64,000 nucleotides of DNA from Antedon mediterranea (taxonomy: Eukaryota > Animalia > Echinodermata), in the NCBI RefSeq assembly GCF_964355755.1, contig NC_092680.1, positions 1 to 64,000 of the forward strand, written 5' to 3'. The notes beneath the pieces were generated by a model. That model was not told the DNA's origin and searched no databases. It was given only the letters and a program-made list of their open reading frames with translations. The translations under genes were made by a program, and so were the position numbers. How positions within the stretch are numbered: the stretch's first letter is position 1; each line of letters begins with the position of its first letter. This document shows, piece after piece, positions 52,261 through 63,632 of the stretch.

Positions 52261-54906
52261 TCAAATCAAATCAAACAAATCACAATTGCTTGTTCCCAGA
52301 CCATGAGCTACGTCAGTCTTTCTAGATTTAAGACCGAAGCAAATGATTTCGTCTGAGATATGTTGCATCTGGAACGAAGTACATCCGTCAGCTAAGAGAC
52401 AGTATTGAAAACAACGTGTTAGACTTTCTGTTAACAGATGACCAACAGCTAATGCACTCAATGTTTCGGCAGTTAGACATGTGTTTCTGTGTTTCTTTAC
52501 CGACATCAGTCTTGCTGTTTTTACATCTGAAACAAAATAAACGATAAGGTTGTGTTAATGCAAATTGTAAAATAAAGAACTGTATGTAGGCCTATTACTA
52601 AATCAATATTCTAACCTTTCTTTTCACAAATTTGTATCCTTGCACAGCGGCACAAACTCTATCATTCCATGTGACATCGTCGTCATACAATTCAGCACAA
52701 ATGTATCCTTGCACAGCGGCACAAACTCTAAAATTCCATGTGACATCGTCATAAATTCAGTACAAATGTATCTTTGCACGGCGGCACAAACTCTATCATT
52801 CATGTAACATCGTCATACAATTCAGCACAAATGTATCCTTACACGACGGCACAAACTCTATCATTCCATGTACCATCGTCATACAATTCAGCACATTCCA
52901 TGTGCCATCGTCATACAATTCAGCACAAATGTATCCTTGCACGGCGGCACAAACTCTATCATTCCATGTACCATCGTCATACAATTCAGCACAAATGTAT
53001 CCTTGCACGGCGGCACAAACTCTATCATTCCATGTGCCATCGTCATACAATTCAGCACAAATGTATCCTTGCACGGCGGCACAAACTCTATCATTCCATG
53101 TACCATCGTCATACAATTCAGCACAAATGTATCCTTGCACGGCGGCACAAACTCTATCATTCCATGTGCCATCGTCATACAATTCAGCACAATTTTCATG
53201 TGCCCTATTTTGCTCACCCCGCGCCCAATCTGTATATTCTAACCTTTCTTTTCACAAATGTATCCTTGCACGGCGGCACAAACTCTATCATTCCATGTGC
53301 CATCGTCATACAATTCAGCACAATTTTCATGTGCCCTATTTGGCTCACCAGGCGCCCAATCTGTATGATAAAGGTCAACATTAATTTTAAATAAAGCCTG
53401 AAGAAAAATAATGAAAGATGTTTTTTAAAATGTGCAGGTTAATTTATTTCCAAGCACCAATGTCTAAGGATTCAGATATACTATTTACTACAAAAGTATC
53501 TTTAACACATAATTTTTAACAATAACCCTCTTTTTTTATTATTATATAAGCATCTATTCTTATAATATATCTCTAATGTAATTTTTGCACAGTATAGAAA
53601 AAATAAAATAAATAATAATTTATCATACCAGGTACGTGCACAACATGAAAATTGATAGCATGCAACAATTAAATAAAGTACTGTGTAAGTAATAAATGAA
53701 CTTATATAATATTTACGACAGAATGAGTTGTTTCGTTATCTTACTAGTAAAACTAACTGGTTCGTTGCTCGTCCACTTCCAAGTCACATCCAACTCATTC
53801 AGACCTATCCACGTGCGTGTACATTGTGTTCTGCCATTACTAGCAAAGTAGTTTTCGTTTGCTGAAGAGATGGAAATGATATACGAATTGTCTGCCACAC
53901 ACTGTAAATTAGCATTGTACCAATTAGAAGGATCACAGTACACTTTATAACAGTTTCCTTCAAAGTAACTCCACGATGAGGCACATCTATCTGCAAAACA
54001 AATACATTAAAGCTACTACTTGAACATTTTGAACTTACAGATATCTGGAGATTAAAACACAATAACGAAAAAAGATTTACCATGGAAACAAAATAATCCC
54101 CCAATTCATATATATTAGATTATTGGTTTTTACCTTCAGATATGGATAAATATGTTAAGTCGGTGGAAATACAAGGCAAAGGTTATTGGAAAAAAGATAA
54201 TGAATATATCAAAGATGACATGTACTGCAACAAGATTAACGAATTAATTGAGAATTATTTAAAAATTACACATTTTAGTGAACTTCTGTCAGATACCGAA
54301 TTATGGGCAATGTGTAAAAATAAAATACGTAGTTTTAGAATATACAAAATCCAAGAAAAACAAGGCCAACAGCCATAAGTCACGTGCTAAAACGCATAGT
54401 GCTACCGGACCGACAGACAGACCGACATAGTGAACTATAGAGTCGCGTCCACGCGACTAAAAACATATGATGAACTATAATAAACCACCACAAATCATTA
54501 ATCTTAAACGTCAATATAACAATATGAAATGCTTTACGAGCATGTAGTAGAGGTATTAAAATAGGATCTCGTAAAAAGTGGTGCAAAGAAGGAGAAGGTG
54601 GTTATCAAAATACTTTTTGAATCTAGAAAAAATGAGGTATAAAAAACACTTTAAACATGCGCGTCAGGTTTCTTTTCTGAACTATATATATATAGATCTG
54701 GAAAGAGACATTCTTACTGAAATAAAAAATTTCTCAATGAAATTTCTTTACCGAAGCTAAATAAAAAATATGAAAAAAAAGTAGGCCTATATACTTTTTA
54801 TAGTAATAAATCATAACAAATACCTACCACAACTGACTTCGAAAGGAGTAATAATGAAGACAAAAATATTTAATTGCAGGCAAGTTTTAAGAAATCTACT
54901 ATACAT
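52261..54906 (-). CDS. Secreted C-type lectin domain protein (EPN/WND type) with a C-terminal PAN/apple-like domain, ~235 aa, 4 exons
   Basis: Exons 54906-54828 (MYSRFLKTCLQLNIFVFIITPFEVSC, signal-like), 53990-53745 (RCASSWSYFEGNCYKV..WYNANLQC..ENYF..TWIGLNE..WKWT), 53360-53244 (NWAPGEPNRAHENCAELYDDGTWNDRVCAAVQGYICEKK) and 52526-52261 (C..SLTRCFQYCLLADGCTSF..C..C). All three introns are phase-1 GT-AG. Confidence 0.88.
52616..53229 (-). repeat. Duplicated lectin exon 3 expanded into a 66-bp tandem array
   Basis: A second copy of the exon with its own acceptor and donor, EPN changed to EQN, and about 8-9 repeats of AELYDDGTWNDRVCAAVQGYIC. Later units carry indels. Confidence 0.9.
54142..54760 (+). 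mobile_element. Decayed L1/Tx1-type retrotransposon ORF2 linker fragment
   Basis: GKGYWK.....D..Y...I...I, LWAMCKNKIR, GIKIGSRKKWCKEGE and SKYFLNLEK resemble the endonuclease-RT linker of L1/Tx1 ORF2. It is frameshifted and interrupted by a HINE-like insert. Confidence 0.65.
54358..54463 (-). mobile_element. Short Helentron-associated (HINE-like) element
   Basis: The minus strand reads tttttagtcgcgtggacgcgactctatagttcactatgtcggtctgtctgtcggtc...ggccttgtt, homologous to 34270-34631. Confidence 0.6.
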
Positions 54907-55261
54907 CTTTGTTTGCTAAAGAGGAAAGTCGTTGTGTGTGATTTGGTAAAAAGACAGACAAACGTAAATCAATATTTATTGAACTAAATAACACTAATGA
55001 AACAAAAATATATCATTTTGGTGGATTTGAAGTAACTGGGCATGCATGTTTGATTTGCAAACAAAGGCTATAGATAAGATTACAAGCAATGATTTATTAA
55101 CAATACAATATGTAATATGCAATATATGAATATATTGATTCGGTCACAATCTTTTAGTTTTCTTTTGTTTATATGACTTTCTTTTATTATCTCGTCCATT
55201 TATGTTTCATTAAAATTTGAAATGGCCAGAATTTGATTAGAAAATCTTAATTGTCTTTGTG

Positions 55262-55480
55262 CCGAGCAGCCTGTAGATTGGTGGGTAAAGTGCTTGCCTT
55301 CCCATTACAAGGCCCAGGGGTTCAATCCTTACCTAGTGCACTTTAATTTCAAGATTTTACTATATTGTGGATAGTTTCTCTTTTGGACACAATATTAAAG
55401 TAGGCCAACCACAGCTATTTGGACAAATCATAATTACTCGATCTAATTTGACAGTTTATCCATTTTGAGGCAGCACGTTG
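55262..55480 (+). mobile_element. Degenerate tRNA-derived SINE-like sequence
   Basis: gtagattggtgggtaaagtgcttgccttc...ggggttcaatcc resembles a tRNA-type head with A and B boxes. Confidence 0.4.
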
Positions 55481-56360
55481 TCACTATGCGCTAGTCAAAC
55501 ATTTCCCCATTTTGGACAAATATTCTCTATTTTGAAGCAAAAAATAAGAATATCTCGGATCCAAAAAAACGTCACTCAAAAATATATACGTACTTGTTGA
55601 GACTTTGCGAAGCCCAGCAAGTGAAGACTCAAGAATATGTTGTAGATCTTTGTGGATTATATAGATATATAATTTAACACTTAATGACATTTATTATATA
55701 GATATATAATTTAACATTTAATGCAATTTATTTTTCAACAATCAGTTTAATGAGAATAAAGTTTTGTACTGTACACACATTATAAAAACATTACATTTTA
55801 TAACAAATCTGTACAAACGCTTAAAATGCTTGGTATGCTGCAGTGAATAAAGAAGTAAACACGATACAAGTAGGCCTAATGATAATGTTACAATTTCTAT
55901 TGTCGAACTTTCTTTCAAAAAGTGACAATACAGAATAAGAAACGAATTGTTATTTAATTTTTACTTTATACAAATTTAAACACACATGAAATTATATATT
56001 GTATCTTTACAAAAACGTGTTATTTAAATATTGCCACTAACAATTGTTTTTCTTTGATTTAAAAAGAAAGAAAAAAAATAATAAAATTCGTTATTATATT
56101 GTAATTAAAAACGACGTTTAGAAGTAAACAAGCAACTGATTCCCAAAAATCGATTTATAATTTGACTTTGGTATATAAATAGCTATAGCTAACAAAATGT
56201 TCACAAATTATTCAATTCCCAGCGAAGTTATTCAAGTAATGATCATTTTATTACATAATAAAATATGCTTATTATTAATATAGACCATAATGTCAATGTG
56301 TTGAAATCTATTTACTGTTAGTTTACTCAGGGAAGAGTTAAATCAAAATTCTTCCCTGGT

Positions 56361-59300
56361 TTATTGTTCCATATTTTTGTGAATCCTCTCAAAATGTTGC
56401 ACAAATTCAGAAAACATAATCAATTTGGAACTTTTTATGTTATATTTTCTTAAAATGGTTTCTAGTAATTTCTGTTCTGCAACAGACATTTCACGTTTAT
56501 TTATACGTAATTCTTTTATAACACGTCTAAACTGCGTTAACGGTTTCTTGCGAAAAAATCGTCTGTGGATGTAGTTAAGTGGTAAAAATGGCTTGTCATA
56601 TCTAGTGATGCAAGGTATTTCAACTCCGTAAAAGGACATTTTCACCAGCCTTTGGATTGGCACACCGCCATAGCGTACTTTACTACAACCTGGTAAAACA
56701 GATTGCCTTTTGAAATTGTCTTCTTTTAAGGCTGCTTTCTCATCATCACTTATCTTCGAAAGTTGTTGTTTTCTGTTTTTTTCTTCTGAATTATATTTTC
56801 TAATTAAATCTTTAAACGGATGTACACAAGCAGTTTTCTTCTTCTCAATGTTATTATTATTCAAGTTTGTTAGCGAACTAATTTTATCAGGTTGAAATTT
56901 AGTATTTTCTTGGGAATCACTAGGTAAGTATTGCATATTGGAGTGAATTGAATATTTTCTGTTCGTTTCAATTTGATTAGGAGTTATATTTGGCTTAGTA
57001 ACTTTATTTTGAAAGTTATCCAAACTAGAATGTTTTAATCCCTCCCGAGTTACAATCTCATTGACTTCATGTAAACAAGGTGTTTTATTTATTCCATGGG
57101 TTTTCTGTCGAAATTCCACAATTTCAAAATCGGTTTTGGTTTCAGAATGGTTAGGTATTGCTTCTATAGTGCCTTTATTTTCAGGTTCTTTTACATTGTC
57201 AGAAGTCTCTAGTTCTTCAGACAACTCTTGTGCTGATGAACGGGTACTTTCTATTCCATACTTTGGTTTCTTCAATATACCGTCATTAGAGGTTAATGTC
57301 AAATCTTGCACACGTTTTCTACCATGGTATTTTGGTAGAATCTCGTCATCTGTTTTGTTCTTATTCAATTTGTCTGCAATCGATGCTCTGGTATTTTCTG
57401 TTGATAAGTGAGTTTGATAATCAAAATAAGGCGGTAACTTGTCAGCAATAACTCTTATATTTGGAAAAAAGAGTTTATCAGACTCCTTCTCGTCTAAGAG
57501 TTCACTGACGTCAGCAGGCATATTTGTAGCAGACATATTATGCATTAACGTTGTGAGACAATCACCCTTCTTGTAAAAGAGAACAGGTGAAGATGTCTTA
57601 GTTTCCTTACAATTCATTTTGTTTATAATGGAATAGTCTGCATCCAAAGGTGTTGCTTCTTTACGGAATGTTATCTTTAATTTATTTGTCTTCAATGTTT
57701 GCTTTAATGTGCATGTATATTTTGAGATTGAAAGTTCTTTCGTATTTTTATCATTTAAAACTTCTTTGCAAACAGTAGTTTTTGGTATGCTAGAATTCTT
57801 CAAACACAAACTATTTTCAGGTTTGTCTTGCATGATTTGTACTTTTTCTAATGTTAAATATTTTGAAGAATCCTTGTCAGATTGTTGTATCTGAAGTTGG
57901 TGGTGTATATCATTGGATATGCATGAGGTATGACTTTTTTCACAAGATTTACTGAGCACTAGTTGATTTCCTGGTACATCAGGAGATTTCAAACATTTTT
58001 CATAACTCTGAACTGAATCTAGATGATTTACAGGAGATGTTGCACATTGGTCATCTGCCAACTGATGGACCGGATTGTTGGCACAATGTCTTCCTCCTGT
58101 AATTGGCATAGACTCTTCATGTGACAAGGTCAACGAGGACTGCATAATTTGGTTGTTAGAATAATTTGTAGAGCTTATATTATTACTTGAAGAGATCTCG
58201 TTGGTTTGGTCACTAGCACAGCTTTGATTTGCTGATGTACAATCAGGATTTCTTTGTGTAGAACCCTTTTTTGATTGGTAGATGCTAATGCTTTCCTCAG
58301 AATGAACTGGAATAAGCTCTCTTTCATTCATTCTTTCTTCATAAGGAGATGTTTGCTTCCTTATGTTGGTTTTAATGTATTCACCTGCAGAGGTTTGCAT
58401 TTGATCTTTATGTAGACCTACATTAGGATGTTTCTGATGTGCATTAGGAGATGTCTGTTTTAAATCTCTTGGCATGAAAGGAGAGCAGAGTTTCAAATTG
58501 ACACTGTTGTTACCTTCAGACATTAGAACATTCTCCCTATGTAACATAGTATCAGACCGATTGATCTTGTAGTTGCAATTTGAATATTTATCTGCTGAAA
58601 CTGGCTGTGTATATGGTAAATTATAAGAATCTTGATGACTTTGTGAGTTGGTACAGCTTTCACCTTTAATTCGACATTTGTCTTCAGAAAATATCATTAC
58701 CTCTTTAGTCTGCTTCTGAAAATAGTTTACTATAGACATCTGTACTTGTTTTCTACATGGTACATTCTGCATGTCCAGACACTTCTTTTTATTATCAGTG
58801 GATGTAGAAACTGCCTCAGAAGGTTCTGTTTTAACAGAAACTGTGTTAATGGATTGTGATTTGTGTTCATTTGCAATGCATTGTACTGAATTGGTTAAAA
58901 TCTGTTTTTCAGAGGCATAATTCAAAACTGGCTTCTTTTGCAGAGCAGATATCAATTGGCCTTTCGATTCAGCTGCTTTCTGCACTAAAAGACCTTGTTG
59001 AAATTTCTTGTTTTTGTAATTTGCATAGGTTTCATTTTTATAGTGCACAGACTCATAGTCAAAGGGGCTTGAACAATGTATGGAGTTTTTCTGTTTATGA
59101 ATCGTTGTTAGTTGGTATTTTGAATAGTCACCTTGGTCTGTTCCATATTGCTGCAACTGAAGCAAGCTGTCTGACCTATTTTTGTATACGTTTGAATCAT
59201 CTACAGTTTTTTTATTGTCACTGTCAAAACTATAACACACATTTGGCAGTGCATTAGGTGAATCTTGCACAATTAAATTTTGTGCACACATTTCTGTAGA

Positions 59301-60989
59301 AGATTTTTGCCGTAGGTCTCTAACGGTCAAAGTAGGAGATGGTTGTTTGTATGTAGGTTCTTTCACGGACACCTGTTTTGTACGTGCTAAACTGGTGTTA
59401 TAATCATAATGTTGTTTGTTTCTCTCTTTTGAGCTTTGTAATTGATTTGACAAATATGTTACCATATTATTATTCATGGAATAAGTTTTAAGAAGTTCAT
59501 TTCTACTATCAGTGTTAAGGCTTGGCAATTGAAGCTCTTTTCTTCCATGTTGTGTATTCAGTTTACTTTTAAACTTGATATTTTCACTAGGCTGCTTCAG
59601 GACAGTACAGTTATTTTGATAAAATGGATGATGGGTTTCACCTTTAATATAAATTTTTGCGATATTAGATGTCTGAATGTCTGGAGCAAGACTTTGTACA
59701 TCAACTATTACTGGAACAACACTCTTATTCACCCGAGTATCTCTCATTGTTGGTGGATTTGTCATTGCCTTTGATCTTCCTAAATCCTTAAGTGTTTCAG
59801 AATTAAAGCTTAGGCACAAAGAATTGGCTTGCTGCAATGTTTTTTCTAGTTTGTTCTTGTCATAAAAAAAATCTTCTTGTTTAGGATGTATGACACTGGC
59901 AGAAAATTTTCCACATCCTTGTGGCAAAGAATGTGCAGATTGCATGTTAATAACAGTTGGCATGTAAATATAATTAGTGTTTTGATGGGAATTAATGGGA
60001 TTACTAGAATTAGCTGGAGTGTTATAACTTGGAGTGCTGTACAAAGTTCTTTCATAGTTCATTTTTGGCATGTCTTTACTAGTGATACTAGAATTGCCTG
60101 GTGTGTTATGAACTGGAGTGCTGTATATATTTCCTTCATAGTTCATTTTTGCCATGTTTTTACTGGTGATACTAGAATTGCCTGGTGTGTTATGAACTGG
60201 AGTGCTGTACATAGTTCCTTCATAGTTCATTTTTGGCAAGTTTTTACTGGTAATACTAGAATTGCCTGGTGTGTTATGAACTGGAGTGCTGTACATAGTT
60301 CCTTCATAGTTCATTTTTGCCATGTTTTTACTGGTGATACTAGAATTGCCTGGTGTGTTATGAACTGGAGTGCTGTACATAGTTCCTTCATAGTTCATTT
60401 TTGGCAAGTTTTTACTGGTGATACTAGAATTGCCTGGTGTGTTATGAACTGGAGTGCTGTACATAGTTCCTTCATAGTTCATTTTTGGCAAGTTTTTACT
60501 GGTAATACTAGAATTGCCTGGTGTGTTATGAACTGGAGTGCTGTATATATTTCCTTCATAGTTCATTTTTGGCATGTTTTTACTGGTGATACTAGAATTG
60601 CCTGGTGTGTTAAGAACTGGAGTGCTGTACATAGTTCCTTCATAGTTCATTTTTGGCAAGTTTTTACTAGTGATAGAATTGCCTTGTATGTTATAAACTG
60701 GAGTGCGACTGTACATAGTTCCTTCGTAGTTCGTTGTTGCTTGATAGTTAACATTATACTGCATGTTAGGTAACATGTCATTATTTATCAGATTGGCATT
60801 ACCATGAACAGCATGCATACCATACAATTGTACCGGTACCATGCCATCAGTCATTTTTGGAATGTTCTTTTCCTTCTCAACTGGATTTCTTACATTGTTT
60901 CTGTCTGGCATAGCACAGTAACCATTTACAGCATAATTCATTGTTCTTTGATTCTCTTGCTGGTAAAATACACTCTTTTTCACATTCAT
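56361..60989 (-). CDS. 1542-aa protein, single coding exon: low-complexity body, 28-aa tandem repeats, C-terminal Ski/Sno/Dach-like domain
   Basis: A 4.6-kb uninterrupted ORF in AT-rich DNA. A splice acceptor at 61008 and an in-frame TAG just upstream fix the ATG. The last ~95 aa resemble the Dachshund-homology fold by eye. Confidence 0.88.
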   Translation of the reverse strand: MNVKKSVFYQQENQRTMNYAVNGYCAMPDRNNVRNPVEKEKNIPKMTDGMVPVQLYGMHAVHGNANLINNDMLPNMQYNVNYQATTNYEGTMYSRTPVYNIQGNSITSKNLPKMNYEGTMYSTPVLNTPGNSSITSKNMPKMNYEGNIYSTPVHNTPGNSSITSKNLPKMNYEGTMYSTPVHNTPGNSSITSKNLPKMNYEGTMYSTPVHNTPGNSSITSKNMAKMNYEGTMYSTPVHNTPGNSSITSKNLPKMNYEGTMYSTPVHNTPGNSSITSKNMAKMNYEGNIYSTPVHNTPGNSSITSKDMPKMNYERTLYSTPSYNTPANSSNPINSHQNTNYIYMPTVINMQSAHSLPQGCGKFSASVIHPKQEDFFYDKNKLEKTLQQANSLCLSFNSETLKDLGRSKAMTNPPTMRDTRVNKSVVPVIVDVQSLAPDIQTSNIAKIYIKGETHHPFYQNNCTVLKQPSENIKFKSKLNTQHGRKELQLPSLNTDSRNELLKTYSMNNNMVTYLSNQLQSSKERNKQHYDYNTSLARTKQVSVKEPTYKQPSPTLTVRDLRQKSSTEMCAQNLIVQDSPNALPNVCYSFDSDNKKTVDDSNVYKNRSDSLLQLQQYGTDQGDYSKYQLTTIHKQKNSIHCSSPFDYESVHYKNETYANYKNKKFQQGLLVQKAAESKGQLISALQKKPVLNYASEKQILTNSVQCIANEHKSQSINTVSVKTEPSEAVSTSTDNKKKCLDMQNVPCRKQVQMSIVNYFQKQTKEVMIFSEDKCRIKGESCTNSQSHQDSYNLPYTQPVSADKYSNCNYKINRSDTMLHRENVLMSEGNNSVNLKLCSPFMPRDLKQTSPNAHQKHPNVGLHKDQMQTSAGEYIKTNIRKQTSPYEERMNERELIPVHSEESISIYQSKKGSTQRNPDCTSANQSCASDQTNEISSSNNISSTNYSNNQIMQSSLTLSHEESMPITGGRHCANNPVHQLADDQCATSPVNHLDSVQSYEKCLKSPDVPGNQLVLSKSCEKSHTSCISNDIHHQLQIQQSDKDSSKYLTLEKVQIMQDKPENSLCLKNSSIPKTTVCKEVLNDKNTKELSISKYTCTLKQTLKTNKLKITFRKEATPLDADYSIINKMNCKETKTSSPVLFYKKGDCLTTLMHNMSATNMPADVSELLDEKESDKLFFPNIRVIADKLPPYFDYQTHLSTENTRASIADKLNKNKTDDEILPKYHGRKRVQDLTLTSNDGILKKPKYGIESTRSSAQELSEELETSDNVKEPENKGTIEAIPNHSETKTDFEIVEFRQKTHGINKTPCLHEVNEIVTREGLKHSSLDNFQNKVTKPNITPNQIETNRKYSIHSNMQYLPSDSQENTKFQPDKISSLTNLNNNNIEKKKTACVHPFKDLIRKYNSEEKNRKQQLSKISDDEKAALKEDNFKRQSVLPGCSKVRYGGVPIQRLVKMSFYGVEIPCITRYDKPFLPLNYIHRRFFRKKPLTQFRRVIKELRINKREMSVAEQKLLETILRKYNIKSSKLIMFSEFVQHFERIHKNMEQ
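60015..60735 (-). repeat. 84-bp in-frame coding minisatellite (MNYEGTMYSTPVHNTPGNSSITSKNLPK)
   Basis: About 8 copies inside the 1542-aa ORF. Confidence 0.93.
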
Positions 60990-61077
60990 TTTGTTCTAGA
61001 TTCTTTTCTGAAAAAGAAAAAAGTTATTATAAAGATTTAGTTTCAGCATTTTTTAATTTGTTTTTTTCTTTTCTTAT

Positions 61078-61775
61078 TTCTTCTTTCTCTTATTTACTTA
61101 GTAAATTAATATTAGTAGGTACAAGTGGAGGTGTACTCAGGGCTTTTCTTTCTCTTATTTACTTAGTAAATTAATGTTAGTAGGTACAAGTGGAGGTGTA
61201 CTAAGGGCTTTTCTTTCTCTTATTTACTTAGTAAATTAATATTAGTAGGTACAAGTGGAGGTGTACTCAGGGATTTTCTTTCTCTTATTTACTTAGTATA
61301 TTAATATTAGTAGGTACAAGTGGAGGTGTACTCAGGGCTTTTCTTTCTCTTATTTACTTAGTAAATTAATATTAGTAGGTACAAGTGGAGGTGTACTCAG
61401 GGATTTTCTTTCTCTTATTTACTTAGTATATTAATATTAGTAGGTACAAGTGGAGGTGTACTCAGGGCTTTTCTTTATCTTATTTACTTAGTATTATATT
61501 AATATTAGTAGGTACAAGTGGAGGTGTACTCAGGGCTGTTCTTTCTCTTATTTACTTAGTAAATTAATATTAGTAGGTACAAGTGGAGGTGTACTCAGGG
61601 ATTTTCTTTCTCTTATTTACTTAGTATATTAATATTAGTAGGTACAAGTGGAGGTGTACTCAGGGCTTTTCTTTCTCTTATTTACTTAGTAAATAATATT
61701 AGTAGGTACAAGTGGAGGTGTACTCCGGGCTTTTCTTTCTCTTATTTCTTAGTAAATTAATATTAGTAGGTACAA
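61078..61775. repeat. 65-bp minisatellite
   Basis: About 10-11 copies of ttctttctcttatttacttagtaaattaatattagtaggtacaagtggaggtgtactcagggctt. Confidence 0.93.
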
Positions 61776-62487
61776 AACAAACAAAAAATCCATATAAAAA
61801 TAAGCAGTTTTTGAGAAATCAGGAAAAATAAAAAACTGTTCGAAAATATCAAAAAAGCACTGTATATTTTTTTCAGCCGTTAGGTGCTTCTTCTCACTTT
61901 GCAATCGACAAAAAATTAAAAAAATGGTCACGTTATCCCACGCACACATGTACCATTCTCGTCTCATCATCTCGATCGCATGAACCCCAATTCATTTCAT
62001 AATATTTATTTGACAATAATGTAAAATATACATAGATGAATTGGTCAGGGACTTCTAAAGTAACTAGATTACTATAAGTGTCAGCAGTCCCATGATCTTA
62101 ACTAAAACAAATTTATCATAAACAATACTCATATTATTAAACGGCAATTATCACCAAGTGAGGCCAATCTTCATTTGTCTTGCAGCTGAGGCCTAGTCTG
62201 ACTTACATCAACTCATAAACATTTATTGTCTAACTGTAGGCTATAGTCAATTATAGGACTTTGACCTAAATGTGCGTCTTGTTATCAAACTACATCCTAT
62301 CTATCTGATAATAGATTATTTGAAAAAAATCATGTATAATTTAATTTGTTCATATGTAAAACCTTGAAGAAACCCATCTTGAAAAGAAGCCTTCCTCTAG
62401 CTTTGATCTGCAATAGTAATCTTGAAAAAGAAACCCATCTGGAAAATGAAGCCCACCCAAGAGTACTAAAAAAAGAAGCCCATGGCC

Positions 62488-63409
62488 TTCAAGGTTTTAT
62501 GGTACATTATGTCTATGGAGCTTTGTATTGCACGCAAGGTGGGTCACTTCTTTTCAAGGTTTTATGGTACATTATGTCTATGGAGCTTTGTATTGCACAC
62601 AAGGTGGGTCACTTCTTTTCAAGGTTTTATGGTACATTATGTCTATGGAGCTTTGTATTGGACGCAAGGTGGGTCACTTCTTTTCAAGGTTTTATGGTAC
62701 ATTATGTCTATGGAACTTTGTATTGCACACAAGGTGGGTCACTTCTTTTCAAGGTTTTATGGTACATTATGTCTATGGAGCTTTGTATTGCACACAAGGT
62801 GGGTCACTTCTTTTCAAGGTTTTATGGTACATTATGTCTATGGAGCTTTGTATTGCACACAAGGTGGGTCACTTCTTTTCAAGGTTTTATGGTACATTAT
62901 GTCTATGGAGCTTTGTATTGCACGCAAGGTGTTTCACTTCTTTTCAAGGTTTTATGGTACATTATGTCTATGGAGCTTTGTATTGCACACAAGGTGGGTC
63001 ACTTCTTTTCAAGGTTTTATGGTACATTATGTCTATGGAGCTTTGTATTGCACGCAAGGTGGGTCACTTCTTTTCAAGGTTTTATGGTACATTATGTCTA
63101 TGGAGCTTTGTATTGCTTGCAAGCAAGGTGGGTCACTTCTTTTCAAGGTTTTATGGTACATTATGTCTACGGAGCTTTGTATTGCACGTAAGGTGGGTCA
63201 CTTCTTTTCAAGGTTTTATGGTACATTATGTCTATGGAGCTTTGTATTGCACGCAAGGTGGGTCACTTCTTTTCAAGGTTTTATGGTACATTATGTCTAT
63301 GGAGCTTTGTATTGCAAGCAAGGTGGGTCACTTCTTTTCAAGGTTTTATGGTACATTATGTCTATGGAGCTTTGTATTGCACGCAAGGTGGGTCACTTCT
63401 TTTCAAGGT
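62488..63409. repeat. 65-bp minisatellite (unrelated to the previous one)
   Basis: About 14 copies of ttcaaggttttatggtacattatgtctatggagctttgtattgcacrcaaggtgggtcacttctt. Confidence 0.94.
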
Positions 63410-63632
63410 GAATCAATTTACTAATGCATGGTCTTGTTACAAATTAAAGTGTTTGGATGGTAGGTATGCATTCATATCCTAAGTTTGTACCACCTTTGGG
63501 GTTTCACAATAAATGAATCGTCAGTGTAGTAAGACTAAGAGGTGGCTTTGTTGCACTAACCTTTTCCCTGAGTTTACAGAGTTGACGTCAATGATACAAA
63601 AGTAACCCACAGGCTTATGCTTTCTGAAGAGG

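Noticed and set aside
59877-60773. 298-aa plus-strand ORF
   Set aside because: Antisense shadow of the 84-bp coding repeat.
62346-63482. Three long overlapping plus-strand ORFs
   Set aside because: The 65-bp unit lacks stops on this strand, so all three frames cycle through the same peptide.
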